DNA of 63,056 nt, counting the filler, from Choristocarpus tenellus KU-1152 (Eukaryota; Protista; Phaeophyceae): assembly GCA_964200185.2 (NCBI GenBank). It is 12 parts of 12 records of this genome, joined end to end, with 100 filler letters (N's around TTAATTAATTAA, not from the genome) between each part and the next. Parts side by side here need not be neighbours in the genome. Positions count along the whole stretch, not along the records: positions 1 to 7,515 come from CAXNAD020006038.1; positions 7,616 to 12,122 come from CAXNAD020014237.1; 10 more parts are not named here. One strand, given 5' to 3'. Position 1 is the first letter of the stretch. Each line of letters opens with the position of its first letter. The position numbers and the translations under genes were made by a program. The notes beneath the pieces were generated by a model, which searched no databases, had not been told where the DNA came from, and saw only the letters and a program-made list of their open reading frames with translations. Shown here piece by piece: positions 1 through 11,975 of this stretch.

Positions 1-327
1 GAGGGTGTGGTAGACCTTCTCAGCCTTCTATTAGCATCATCCCCCAGTTTTCTACAGCCAAAGAGTTAAACGATGTCTGCAAACTGCTAAGTGGATAGAT
101 TAATCATGAATCTTTACTCTGTAACTTCCAGAAATTGACACCTATTCTGTAGGATGATGTTCGAATTCCAAGTCTTACTCTGCATCTCCTATCAGAATCA
201 TCATTTATCTTGCAAAGCTACCTATGTATTACTAATATTGTTCGTACTTATCAGAACTCAAGAAACAATCCTCACACTCTACGTTTGTTACAAGTGTTCG
301 TATTGCTCGCGCTATTCGCCTGTAACA
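1..327 (-). mobile_element. LTR fragment, same family as solo LTR 2511-2964, truncated by window start
   Basis: Reverse complement starts TGTTACAGGCGAATAGCGCGAGCA, identical to 2511. It shares internal blocks such as AGCAGTTTGCAGAC..TTTAACTCTTTGGCTGTAGAAA. Confidence 0.8.
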
Positions 328-2510
328 CTACCACTGGTCAAGATGGAGACCTTACATACAGTAGTTGATACAATCTGAGCAAGACTTAGTACGACATATT
401 GGCACCTGTGTCTGCAATACGACTTCATCTATCAATGACTTGAGGATACATCTTTTTAGCGAGTGTTTACACAGTCATCATCTTTCTCAAAACATGTTTT
501 TTGTATTTTACCGAGTGCGACACATCGTCGCGTTCGCTAAAATGGAAAGTGTCTTGGAGTACATAGTAAATTAGCGTTTGAAATAGGTTGTTACACGTAC
601 TCACTAGAAAGCCTGTTCTGAGCGTTAAATATTTTATTTGTGATGTTCTAGGAGATACAGGGATGCATAGATACAATGTAACTAGTAGTTTATTGTTTGC
701 AAATAAAACGTACACTACTTCGAAGTATACTACAACTGAAAATTGTTGGTATGCGCTGGAAGGCCTTCATATCGTAAACAATACAGACTTTGTTGTTGTC
801 CTCGCTAATACTATCTGCGTTGTATGTTGTTTCTTCTCTCCCTAACGACAATACGTGCAAAACGTCAGTTGGCATAAGATAGTGCTAGGTCCTACTCTCC
901 TGCTGTATGAATCGCGTGATTTGATTAATTCAGAATATGTTCTGTAACACGTGAGTGGGCTTGACATAATACACGAAGTAGAATAAAAGTTATACGGCAA
1001 GTAGAACAACGGAAATGGGATGTAAAATATATAGAACTATAACCCCTGCAATACACCATGTATATACAGAGGTGTCTCCAATTGAATCAGGGTGGCTGTA
1101 GCCATGTGGGTGGCATCAAGATCTATACCTAACTGTGAATGAGACCAGGGCCACTGTCTGTGGGAGGACATGACGAGTGGTGAGGTGAAGAGGGAAAGGA
1201 AGGCGACTTGCCACATACTCTCTGGATAGATGTGATATACTCCCTGCAAAGGGGAATCTCGTGAGGATTGACTGATTACGCAGTATACAAACCTTACTGT
1301 AACTTGAAGCTCCAGGGAGACTTCTCCGGAACTGTATATTCACGGAGGGATCGGTCCAGACAATATGACAATGAGTGGTACGGCAATGAACGTTATGACT
1401 GTGCAATATAGACTAGTAGTCTATATGGTTTATAGTGTAAAAGTGAATGAAGTAATGTAACTTGAACTTATATGCGACTGACGTAGTGTAACTTGAACTT
1501 ACAAGTGACTGACGTAGTGTAACTGTTACAAACATGTTTAAACATATTTCTGACGTGTTTGATGACGAATGAATTAGATAACAAGGGAGAGCACCACCCC
1601 CCACCTTGAGGATAGTGCTCACTCCGCTAATAAGCAAATCCATACCACATAAAGCAAAATACTCCATCAGAGTAGCTCTCTTCTGCATAATGACCCCAGC
1701 AATCCTGCTTTTCACTTCGCCCTCTCTTTGACAAGTATCCAGGTCATGTGTGAGTGCATGGTTTGATACTGATAAAGGTTAACGCTGGGAGAAAAATGGG
1801 AAACAGGAAACATAGGTGACTGTCAGCATACAGTGTTGTGCTAACTGCGTCATACTAAACAATTTCGTTGGTACAAGATCGAATGTAATGCATTATGCTC
1901 ATAGTGATAGTGCAAGGAGGTACTCCAATCACCGTCAACGTAGGTAACCAAAATTATGTGCATGATTGATACTCACGAAAAAATTGCAGGCTACAAGTGC
2001 ATTTATTTTCTTTGCCTGTTTGTGCATCGTTTTTGTGCCTATGTGTCACAAGTAGAGATTAGTGTTCCATCATTGTGTGTGATTTGTTTGGTAACACTAC
2101 TTGATGTGGCAATAGCATTACACATTAGAGATTGTTGTACGTGATTGCTACCGATCCCAATGTCTCTCCTAGTTGAATATCACGCCACACCCTCCACCCT
2201 AATCGATTTTGCCCTCTGTATTACTCTATCTCCACCAACATTACACTGCACCTACAAAACGAAAAACTCCAAATGTACATCCTTCACACGCAATCGGTAA
2301 AATCATGTAATATCTTATCTTCACACTATACAATATCTTCTCCATATAGATGTGTTCATGACTCTATCCCCGTTATCCCACAAATTGTTCGCACACACAC
2401 ACACACACACATCTCTCAAGCACAGGCTAGTAACTTCAGAATACGCCCCTAGTCAAATCTCATACTGCACCCTAGATTCACACACACAGGACACCGCGGT
2501 AACCAATATA

Positions 2511-2964
2511 TGTTACAGGCGAATAGCGCGAGCATTTACTTTTGCGCGCCAAAATGCACGAACAGTATACATACGTAAGAATTAATGTATGAGGAACTTT
2601 GAATTGATAGAAGATGTAGAGTAAGATTTGAAATGCATACATAATCTTACAGAATAGATTTCAACTCCTGAAAGTTGCAGAATAAAGATTTATGATTGGG
2701 GTATTTACACAGCAGTTTGCAGACTTCATTTAACTCTTTGGCTGTAGAAAGACGGTGAATGATGGCTGAGTTTTGACCACATGCTCAGTTCTTGATCCTT
2801 ACCCTCTTTCAATAAAGCGAAAAGCGAGACATTGACTGAGCTAAGTATCAGCTGACACCATACATGGTCATCATCTGTGAACCCCCGCATAGCGTCGTTT
2901 TAAAGTCGTAGGATTTGAGTTGCATATCCTGTGGAGGTGAGTTCTGGGGGGGCACGCTGTAACA
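2511..2964 (+). mobile_element. Solo LTR (454 bp) with 4-bp TSD
   Basis: Termini TGTTACAG...CTGTAACA, flanked by TATA on both sides (2507-2510, 2965-2968). Related copies at 1-327, 8598-9026, 37807-37915 and 47650-47787. Confidence 0.8.
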
Positions 2965-4177
2965 TATACGATTGAAATAACATCAAGAAGAGCGACAATA
3001 CTATTCACGTATGCATGTCTTAGGTGTTTTCTTCGAGACACCACAAGTATCATTCACAACATTTCATTCATCCTGGGTGGAACGTCGGTCAACATCTCTG
3101 GACACAAACAAAACACGTTCGTACATGTACTGTACTGGCCAAAAATAATTTGCTGTTCGCAAGTAAGGCTTCACCACAATTCCACTCCCCATCCATCACT
3201 GTAATTTATGCTCCCACCAAATATCACCAAGAATATCACTGACAATAATAGCATGTGGATCTTCAGTATGACTGCAAGTCTCAAGACGAAGTATGCCTTG
3301 GCCACATCTAGGGCTAGGAAAACTTACCTCTTTTGTTTCCCTGATTGGTCACAGGGATGTATCTGGTCATGACAATGTTTCCATGCATACATGTTTATAC
3401 ATATCTGTATAGTTTTGTGCACAAGCAATTTTCAACATATGTGCTACAACCTTAGTATAGTCCATGCAAGGTTCATTCAACACTATTTCCAATTTTGTGC
3501 GTACATCTCTCTAAGATATTTAACAATTAGGAATCGTAATTATATGAAACAAGAATAATGTTGACAACATTGAGAGGATTCCAAAAAATATCTTATAGTT
3601 TCATATTGTTTGTAGTACTATGAAGTTTATGAGGCAACATCTAGCATTACATAGGACCACTACAAGGTGACTCATGGTACAGCCAACAGTACACATGGCA
3701 CTACACACCATTGACCTGGGCAGTCTTCCTGAAGGGTACTTTGCACTCTTCAGCGAGGGCGATGATGGAAAGGGAAGTCAAGATGTGGGAATGGTGGGTG
3801 GTGTGAAGCAGTTATCGACACATAAAGAAGACTGTGAGCAGGAGGAGTGTACCAACAATCGACATATTTATGCTAGGATCCCACCAAAAGGCAATTTGAG
3901 AGCGACTATGTTCACTACTGAGGGATATTATTCAACCAGTCAGAAAAGCTTTAGGTCCCCTGAAAGGGAACCATGGAAAAGTAAACTCTATGCCTTGATA
4001 AGATGCACGTGCCAGCACTGGAAAAAATATGAAGTGAGAGTCGGCATCAACAACTTGGTTCTTGGGGCATATAAATGTGTCAAGGTGATGAATGATAACG
4101 GTGTACGATAGCTGAGATTTACTGAGATGTACAAACTTGCAATCTATCAATACCTTTCACAGCACCATTCCCGCACA

Positions 4178-4696
4178 GAGTCAAAGTAAACGAGAGGTAC
4201 CCAGGTTTTGACCGTCTTGTATTTTTAGTCACCTTTTCAATCTTTATAAATTCGCCCATATTTCTGTGGATGAAGTGACAAGTTTGACTTGAGAGCATTG
4301 ATTGAGTGAAAGTATCTTAGAGGGTAGGAGTTTTGCCCTGTTTGTCCATTTGGGGCTTGGCTCCCCACGGGTTTTTGATGACATTTTCCTACTCCAAAGT
4401 GTTTCGAGTAGGTAAAATGTGTACGTTATGAAAAGGTGTGTCCGAAACAAGGACATTGACACTTCCTAACAAACACGATGGCCAATTTTTCATCAAAATC
4501 GCAACAATGGATTTTGACCTCCAAATGGACGCGGTCCTACCCTCTAAGATAATTTGGCTCACTTCTCTATTGTTTGAAACTTTTCCACAAAACTCAGAAA
4601 ACAACCTTTACGCATTTGAAAAGAGTCCGAATTTCGCTTAATATTTGCCAGTATCTTCAAAATGCAACTCTGGGTACCTTTCGTTTACTTTGACTC
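4178..4696 (+). mobile_element. MITE family A containing a nested MITE B
   Basis: About 27-bp TIRs GAGTCAAAGTAAACGAGAGGTACCCAG / CTGGGTACCTTTCGTTTACTTTGACTC. 3-bp TSD ACA (4175-4177, 4697-4699). Confidence 0.85.
4304..4560 (+). mobile_element. MITE family B (257 bp) nested in MITE A
   Basis: TIRs GAGTGAAAGTATCTTAGAGGGTAG / CTACCCTCTAAGATAATTTGGCTC, flanks ATT/ACT. Independent copies at 38874-39133, 39793-40047 and a partial copy at 61555-61619. Confidence 0.85.
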
Positions 4697-5564
4697 ACAA
4701 CTGAAGACCAAATCTTCCACACCTAGGTGAGTTTCAAGAGGATAAGAGACCTCACTGTGACTACATTATCACATGTCAAGTCCACAGATATTGCTCATTC
4801 GTGATGTTATCGTACAACCTGTCCTGAAGAAGGATTTTAATAATTGAATTTATCGACATTGGTCGGATTCCTCTACCAATTCGCGCCTAATAACAAAAAA
4901 AAATGCAGAAGAGATTGTGGTGTGTGTTGTCTGATCGGCAAGCTCTGATGACCAACTGAGACCTGACAGCCCTATTAACTGCAATCGCTGATCAGCTCCT
5001 TGACATTCAAGCAGTGATAAATGAGGATGTTGACACCATAGCATCCATGTACACCGTCTGCAAATTAGTTGGTTACCCCTTTTATGGCGACCCTAAATAA
5101 GACGAGTAGTCAGTCAACAAGGCTGCCTATTTTGACTGGGTACGAACACTATTTTGAATTTCGTTCCACAACACATGTTTTGGGTCAATACTGGACAAAT
5201 TCGACTTAAAGTGGAGAGACATACCTGTCAAGAGCAGAATACTACAGTGGTCAAATCTATGTAACTCGTGTGGACACCTGCAACCTGTCGTCAGCAACAA
5301 GGCTATTTCTAGTCGGAGGAGAAGAAGTCACTGACACAACAATGGTCACATAATCGTTGTAACTCCGGCACTAACATTCATGCCCAGCTCGGTATGGTGG
5401 TCCAGGCATCATGGTAGGAATGTGATAGCGATGTTTCGCTGCACAAGGTATGGCTAAAATATATGTTACGTTCTCTGTATGGGGTCGGCTTCCGCGAAAC
5501 TATTTGAAAACACTGTTGGGGGCAATGCCTTGTCCCGCACAGCAAGGCACAAAAAGAAGCGCTG

Positions 5565-5945
5565 CAGTATACAGGGGAGGTCCCCAGTCTCAGGGACCCA
5601 TCTTTTTCACTTCTCCGCGTGCATTTTAATGAAAATCTGATCCTATCTCTAACCCTAACTCAAACCCTAATCCTAACTTGTGTGTGAAATATATCCCTAA
5701 TCAGCTAAGGAAACATTACAGAGTAAGTCGTGGAGAAGTATTGTGTGGACTGGGGAACCAAAACCTCTGAAGGATGCACTACTTTATACTTTTTCACTTT
5801 AATCCTCGATACCTCTAACCCTAATCCTAACCTTAAACCCAATCTGTGTGTTAAAAATACCCCTTACAAGTGAAAAAGATTACATTTTAGGTTCTCCAAG
5901 GATAGCGGGGGATACTGAAGATAAGGGGATATCTCCTGTGCACTG
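5565..5945 (+). mobile_element. MITE-like element (family C) with two internal telomere-like CCCTAA arrays
   Basis: Imperfect TIRs CAGTATACAGGGGAGGTCCCC / GGGGATATCTCCTGTGCACTG. Internal duplicated unit (CCCTAA)n-CTTGTGTGTGAAA. Homologous copy at about 39270-39610. Confidence 0.65.
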
Positions 5946-7014
5946 CAATGCTGGCAACTTCGCCATACTCATTGCGGTGGAGTTGTCTTCATCACCAGAC
6001 ACGGGGTGATGGGACCCCTTTATGTACAACTCATTATTTAGTAGATGGGTCTTGAAGTCTATCCAGAGTGATTCCTAGTAGATGAAGGAAGGTTGTCAAA
6101 AAGATCGTCACAAACATTCTTATCACTGATGTTGCGAGACAAGGTTTACACAGGGATGGAGTTGAAAATGTTATTGAGATCTATGGACAAGTCTATGAGA
6201 CGTATGAGGGTGCCCTATGCTGTGTTATTCAGACAGTTGGAAAATTGTTTCTAAAAGGCATATACAATATGGACAAGTTTTGTTCCACATTTCATAAGTA
6301 TATTCTACACTTCTTAATCTCCATTTTGTAAGTTTCCGCAATTTTTCTCTTTCCTTCTATACTGTTTGTAAGTAATGGTTCCATTATGACACTCCTTCCA
6401 CTTAAATGTGAATATAGTGTTGGCAGTCGTCTCCTACATCAACTTTGTTGTACCATAACTTTTGATCAACAACAATTTTTTAATGAAAATTCGTTTGCTA
6501 TAATCACATCAGGATGCTTAACCTTATTTGTTGGGTGTCGGCTGGTCAACTTATAGTAATAATGGTGAGAAATACAGGACCATACTTGAATCATGTAGTC
6601 CGTGCGTTCGGTTCACGCCTGGGTGCCATACGGTGCGAGCGAACCACGCATTTAAGGATGATTTTGACGCCAGAAGAGGCCATCTTCACCCCGAGAACAT
6701 GGGCATTGTCTTTCCATTCTTGTTCCATTATTTCCCGTTTATTCGATGTTATCATCCGCTGACTAAGGTCCACTCATGGGGGCCCAGACCTCTGAACCAG
6801 ACAATCCATGCCAAGTCAAATGAGGTATTCTTAAGATACAGGCCTCCTTGTGAGACTTAAACGCCTTGCGCACTCTGTCCAATTTGGTGCACTCTACGCC
6901 TTTCTCGTTGGAATATATTAGGTGGTAAGGAATACTCATCCTGAAGAACCTCTCCACAAGTATTCTGCACATACCCCTCCCTCCTCGAGACTGACATGTT
7001 GACTCTCATTTCAA

Positions 7015-7194
7015 CCAGCGTGTAGTCACAGTGGCCTCATACACATAGTGCTTCGACCACCCCTAGACCATCTCTATCGGGTTCAATTCACAGTGTCCTG
7101 TGAGGGGCAGGGGACAAGTCTGAGGTCGTTGGGTATCACAGTGCCCTTTGATTGGCTTAAACAGTACTAAGCCGAGGTTAGCCCACGTACCGTT
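7015..7194 (+). mobile_element. tRNA-derived SINE-like element
   Basis: A-box-like TAGTCACAGTGG (7023) and B-box GGTTCAATTC (about 7080). The 3' end AGCCGAGGTTAGCCCACGTACCGTT is shared with the copy at 7616-7780. A (TACCGTTA)n-like tail lies at 7475-7513. Confidence 0.55.
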
Positions 7195-7196
7195 TT

Positions 7197-7460
7197 GGGG
7201 GTTATCATTTTTTTATTATTTTAAGGTTGGTCAACAAGTTAATCAACCATCAGCATATCAAATGAAAACTCTGGATCTAGGCTATCGATTTACGCAAAGG
7301 AATTATTTCGGAGAAACATTTTTTGTTAGTGATAATTAATTCCGAAATATTTTCAAGGTTGTGTTGAAAACATTTAGTTAGAATTTAACCTTATCAAAAC
7401 AATTTTCCGAAATAATTCCTTTCTCGAAATCGAAAGCTAAGATCAAGAGTGTGGAAAGCA
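7197..7460. mobile_element. Foldback/MITE family D, degenerate copy
   Basis: Homologous to 7783-8109 (TTAATC..CATCAGCATATCAAATGAAA.CTCTG), with internal inverted symmetry. Confidence 0.6.
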
Positions 7461-7515
7461 TGTTTGTCTGTTATTATACCGTTATTACCGTATGCCATAT
7501 ACCGTTATACCGTGG

Positions 7516-7615
7516 NNNNNNNNNNNNNNNNNNNNNNNNNNNNNNNNNNNNNNNNNNNNTTAATTAATTAANNNNNNNNNNNNNNNNNNNNNNNNNNNNN
7601 NNNNNNNNNNNNNNN
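7516..7615. other. Artificial contig-joining linker N44-TTAATTAATTAA-N44 (first of 11)
   Basis: Identical 100-bp block also at 12123-12222, 16488-16587, 23857-23956, 29614-29713, 37707-37806, 41490-41589, 47550-47649, 51062-51161, 53810-53909 and 56527-56626. TTAATTAATTAA gives stops in all frames. Confidence 0.97.
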
Positions 7616-7780
7616 GTGGCCTCGTACATAGTGCTTCGCCCGCCCCCAGACCTTCTCTATTGGGTTCAATTCACGTTGTGCTTTGGAATCATTAAGCAGT
7701 GTTCTGGCCGACGCTCAACCAGAATCGTGTCCTGCGAGTGGCTTAAACAGTATTAAGCCGAGGTTAGCCCACGTACCGTT
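7616..7780 (+). mobile_element. tRNA-derived SINE-like element, second copy, 5'-truncated at contig start
   Basis: GTGGCCTC.TACATAGTGCTTCG...GGGTTCAATTCAC...GGCTTAAACAGTATTAAGCCGAGGTTAGCCCACGTACCGTT matches 7031-7194. Confidence 0.55.
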
Positions 7781-7782
7781 TT

Positions 7783-8109
7783 GGCGGTGACCAATCCCTA
7801 TATTTTTTAAGGGGTTGCCCAACGAGTTAATCGACGATCAGCATATCAAATGAAAGCTCTGAAACTAAGCTATCATTGGTGCGAAGGATTTATTTCGGAA
7901 AAATATGTTTGGCCGTGGTAAAATAATTCCGGAACATTTCCAAGGTTTTGCCGAAACATTCGGTTATACTTTAACCTTACCAAAAACATTTCCGAAAAAA
8001 ATCAATTCCACCGATGATAGCCTAGATCCAGAGCTTTCATTTGATATACTCATTGTTGATTAACTCGTTGGGCAACCCTTTAAAAAATATATCAAGATTG
8101 GTCTCATCC
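7783..8109. mobile_element. Foldback/MITE family D with long TIRs
   Basis: TATATTTTTTAAGGGGTTGCCCAACGAGTTAATC...ATCAAATGAAAGCTCTG is mirrored by CAGAGCTTTCATTTGAT...GATTAACTCGTTGGGCAACCCTTTAAAAAATATA (about 90-bp arms). Confidence 0.8.
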
Positions 8110-11100
8110 TAGAGGCGACTGTCAGCACTATATGGGGCGTAAACTGTGAAGGAATTTAGAGATGGAGATCCAGGGTCAAAAGCACAGTGGGCACCAATCC
8201 CTGATGATATAGAATAAACTCTAGTATTGGCGACAGTAGGAGCGTGGGAGCGACAGCAACAGTATAGCAAGCAACGCATCCAGTTCACTAGCAACCCTGC
8301 CCAGGCTGACAGCTCCTCCTCATGAAGATATTTTCAACAAGTCCGTTCTGGAGAGATGCCAGTTTTATTAAGCTGATGGTGGTGGAACTAGAGCGTAGGA
8401 GTGGAGTTTGACCCACTGAAGAATCAATGTGTGCATTTCCAAACAGGAATATGTTGTATCGTACTTGGTGGGAGCACATGCATTTACGTATGATAGCAAC
8501 AGTTTGGTTGTTTAAGACAGCACAGACAGCAGGGGAGGAGTTCTGTGCTAAAACTGGTTGAAGCATCGGCGCAAGGGTTGCTAGTACACTGTTGACATGT
8601 TGTTGCAGCACGCTTCAAAAGCTTACCTCCACGGGATGTAGAGCTCCAATCCACTGGCCTATAGATGACGCTGATGTTCGTACAAGCCTCCCAGAATACT
8701 CCGACAGTCCAAAGGTCCAACGAACGTCAGGTCAGCAGGTAAAATATACTATCTGAATCAATAGCCACTATAGGGTGAAAGTCAATCAATGTCAAAGAAT
8801 GAATCGTGTGGCTACCATACAATGTTTTTGTTAATATCATCCACTGTTTTTTTTTTTTACAGTCGTTAAAATACATGTGCAAACCGTTGCATAAATACCC
8901 AAGTTACATATCTTATTCTGCAATTTTCATGAAATCGGAGTTTCTCCTTAAGAGATTCCCATGCGTGTATAATGCTTGCGCTTATTAGGGCTCAGGAAGA
9001 AAAACTTGCTCTATTCGCCTGTAACAGACAACGTCTTGGTGCGGCAGTAAATTTGACTTGTTACCTCTTCTTGCATGGACATCCTGTTCTGGCGATGTAG
9101 TCCCAATTCCTACTTGACGATTCGGATTTGGGCTGAGATAGCAAAAGGATGTGACATGATAGCAAACATAGCCCACGCATCTGCCATGCTACCCAAAGCA
9201 GTGTGGGTATTATCTCTGTGTGATGTAGGTTTGTAACATTTGGGTTGGCTGGGACAAACTAGTGTTGGTCGCTTTGGTTGGATAATTCCTCTGTGAGATC
9301 ATGAAAGATCCGTTCCGCTTTGATTCCGCGGTTCACCATTTTGTTCCCAAAGGATTACTCTGTGAAATTGCCAGTGGGCAAAGATGGCTTGTGACCTCCT
9401 TGCAAAACGAAAATGCCATACTCTGGACTCCGATTTAGACTAAAACAATAGGGAGGAAAATAGGAAGGGCTCGTTCATACAAATCAATGAGTTGATCTTT
9501 ACCTACATGTATATTTCCAACAGAAAGGAGCTTCACATATATGAGGCATCTGCGAATCCATAGTATATGCTCGGTAATGCAAAACGAGGCGATTGGCTAC
9601 AGCCTTCCACGACTCTATTTTCTTTGTTGTCAAACAAATCATGGCAGACTCCACTGCGTTGTTCGACTGGCTATATGAAAGGGCGCATTCCCTCGCCAAA
9701 ATACAGATCCACTCGGTTGCTGTTATGTCTTCTCGAGGAACCTGTAGGAGTGTCCTGTGACGCTCTGAACCTCGATTATAGACGAGTCTCTCAGAAGATC
9801 ACTGTGTGTCCTAAGATAGTCAGACAAGAATTGTTTGAGGAGCTCGGTGCGGAAAGGTGTTAGGTTATCACTTCATGGGCGTGATGTGCATGATGGTTCC
9901 TGGACCGATCCATAGGTAAGGCCTACATTCCTCCTTCAACTCTCTGAAGAGCCTTGGTGAGAGCGTCAGCGAAAAAACAGGGCTATTAGACATGGTGGGA
10001 GCCGAGTTATCTGCTGATAGCCCTTAAAAACGGGGCCTTTGACTGGATCTCTGAGCTTTTTATGAATGTATTCTATGGTTTTGAAGCAATCCTGATGGCA
10101 GTGGCTGTCTTGGTTGCGGGTGATTCTTTCTCTCTCTTGTCTGCCAAATCTAGGCTCGTTCATTTCTGCTTATTCACGAAATCATGATCTCCCTCTGGGT
10201 GGTCCTTTGGTGAGACAGACCTTTGTGGTAAGGAATCTCTGGTTCAGCTGAGATGTCCAAGTGAACAGGTTCGGCCTCTGTGCTCATCTCTGTTTCTTCG
10301 TGAGTCTCGTTTGGAGTGCTTGTCTCGGGATCTTGATCTGGAATGGGATCTGCTACTGGTGGAGGAGTGGAAGTGAACACGCTCTCTTGACCTGCCTCTG
10401 CATTCAGTTGAGCCAATTCGACTGCTGCGGGAATTTTCGCGAGATGTGGCGCTGGGCTGGAACCTCTCCGAATCATTGATTCCCGGCGGAATCTCTGCAT
10501 CAGGCTTGACTTCGATTCCCCACAAATACTGTGTGCAAGACATGTCTACGGCCTGGGGTAATAAAAGAATAACATGATACAAGAATCGGGAATGTTAGTG
10601 TATGGATGGCGAGAAATAGCTACCTAAGCAACGTCTTCACCATGGCGGCCAGAGACCACCCGCTTATGATCAGAGGTGCATGATGCCTCCTTTGGAGCCA
10701 CAGATGCCACCATGCCAGTCCTCTCCTCCAAGTTAGAAGGGGTAGAATGGGGTAGACGGTGAAAGCGCTCCAAGTCCACCCAAAGAGATGATGAAACAAT
10801 GCAAGAGAAAGTCCAGTCCATAGTAGGGAACTACCAAGAATCCTATATGATGAGGTGAATACTGAGTATTCTCTCCAGTTTGTCAAGAGACAAGGTAGGA
10901 CCTCCATGTTACAACACACTCCAAGGCTTACCTCCAAGGGATTTATAGCTCCAATCCACGGGCCAATAGATTGCGCTGATGGCCGCCTGTACAGGACTCC
11001 TAAGATACTCCACAAGGGTGATGAATATCAGGTCAGCAGATGTACACTTTCATTCAATGTAAGTGTTACGGCATAGAGTAAGGTAGTGGCTGTTAGAAGT

Positions 11101-11538
11101 CTCTAACTGTTATCCATTTCGGCTTTACAGACCCTGTAATACATCTGATAATCACCTTATTCTTGGCAAATCTAACGCTGCAACCTTTAGCAAACTGAAT
11201 TTCCCCTTTCTAGAGTTCCACCCGTGCGTTTACTGCTCGCACTGGTTAGAGCTCGAGAACAAATACTTCCACTATTCACCTGTAACATCAGCATGAAGAT
11301 CCACTCCGATTCTGACTGATCCATTTTCCTGCTGTGACGTTGCTCAGTCATTCTTTGACACATCTGTTGTGCACTAGGGGTAAGTTCTGTTCTGAATTTC
11401 CTCACAACTGACGATGGGATGCTGGGCCAAGACTTGTGAAACTCAGTCTCACCCTCTGAGGAGAACGAATTCAGTCTGGTGATTGTGATTGCCCCCTTTT
11501 ACAGAGAGCTTCGGCACCTTCACACTTCCACACTAACA
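8110..11538 (-). mobile_element. Degenerate LTR retrotransposon (probably Ty3/gypsy): 5' LTR, PBS, decayed gag-pro
   Basis: LTR 10907-11538 (TGTTAG...GTAACA on minus) is immediately followed by PBS TGGAGGTCCTACC (10894-10906). Broken ORFs follow, with a possible protease motif AFDPGS near 8180. Interrupted by solo LTR 8598-9026. Confidence 0.6.
8598..9026 (-). mobile_element. Solo LTR with GACA TSD inserted in the retroelement coding region
   Basis: Starts TGTTACAGGCGAATAG on minus like 2511. GACA on both flanks (8594-8597, 9027-9030). Removing it rejoins the frame ...HQDVV|NSVLATLAPML. Confidence 0.75.
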
Positions 11539-11599
11539 CCTTGTTAAGAAATAGCTAAGATCATGGTACGCAAATTTTGAAGTTGCTTGAAATAATAGG

Positions 11600-11975
11600 G
11601 TAGTTTTTTATAATAATAATATTAATAATTATTATAATGATAAAAATAATAATACTATTTATAATCATAATCATAATAACAATAGTAATATTAATACTAA
11701 TAATACTTCTACAAATAATAGTAATCATAATATATTTTTTTGCCTTGACATTTTGGACATTTATCAATGGAAAAAATAATGAAAACTATTCACATGTCAG
11801 AAAAATCCCGAAAAAATGTCATCAATATGATAATATTCGTAATAATAATGATAATAAAATTAAAATAACCTGAATAATAATATTTATAATCATAATCACT
11901 TACAAAACTCATAAAATGCTAGTAATCATAATTAATCATAATAATGACAATAAAAATAATCATAGAAATCATAGT
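11600..11975. repeat. AAT/ATA-rich low-complexity tract
   Basis: Degenerate (ATA)n. The Ile-rich ORFs here are artefacts. Confidence 0.8.

Noticed and set aside
1603-1770. Possible minus-strand exon (KSRIAGVIMQKRATLMEYFAL) reminiscent of the MLH1 C-terminal domain
   Set aside because: Similarity is short, and I could not find compatible neighbouring exons with MLH1 motifs.
3674-4111. 145-aa ORF
   Set aside because: No recognisable motif or splice support. Probably decayed TE sequence.
11561-11873. Ile-rich membrane-protein-like ORFs
   Set aside because: Translation of (ATA)n low-complexity DNA.
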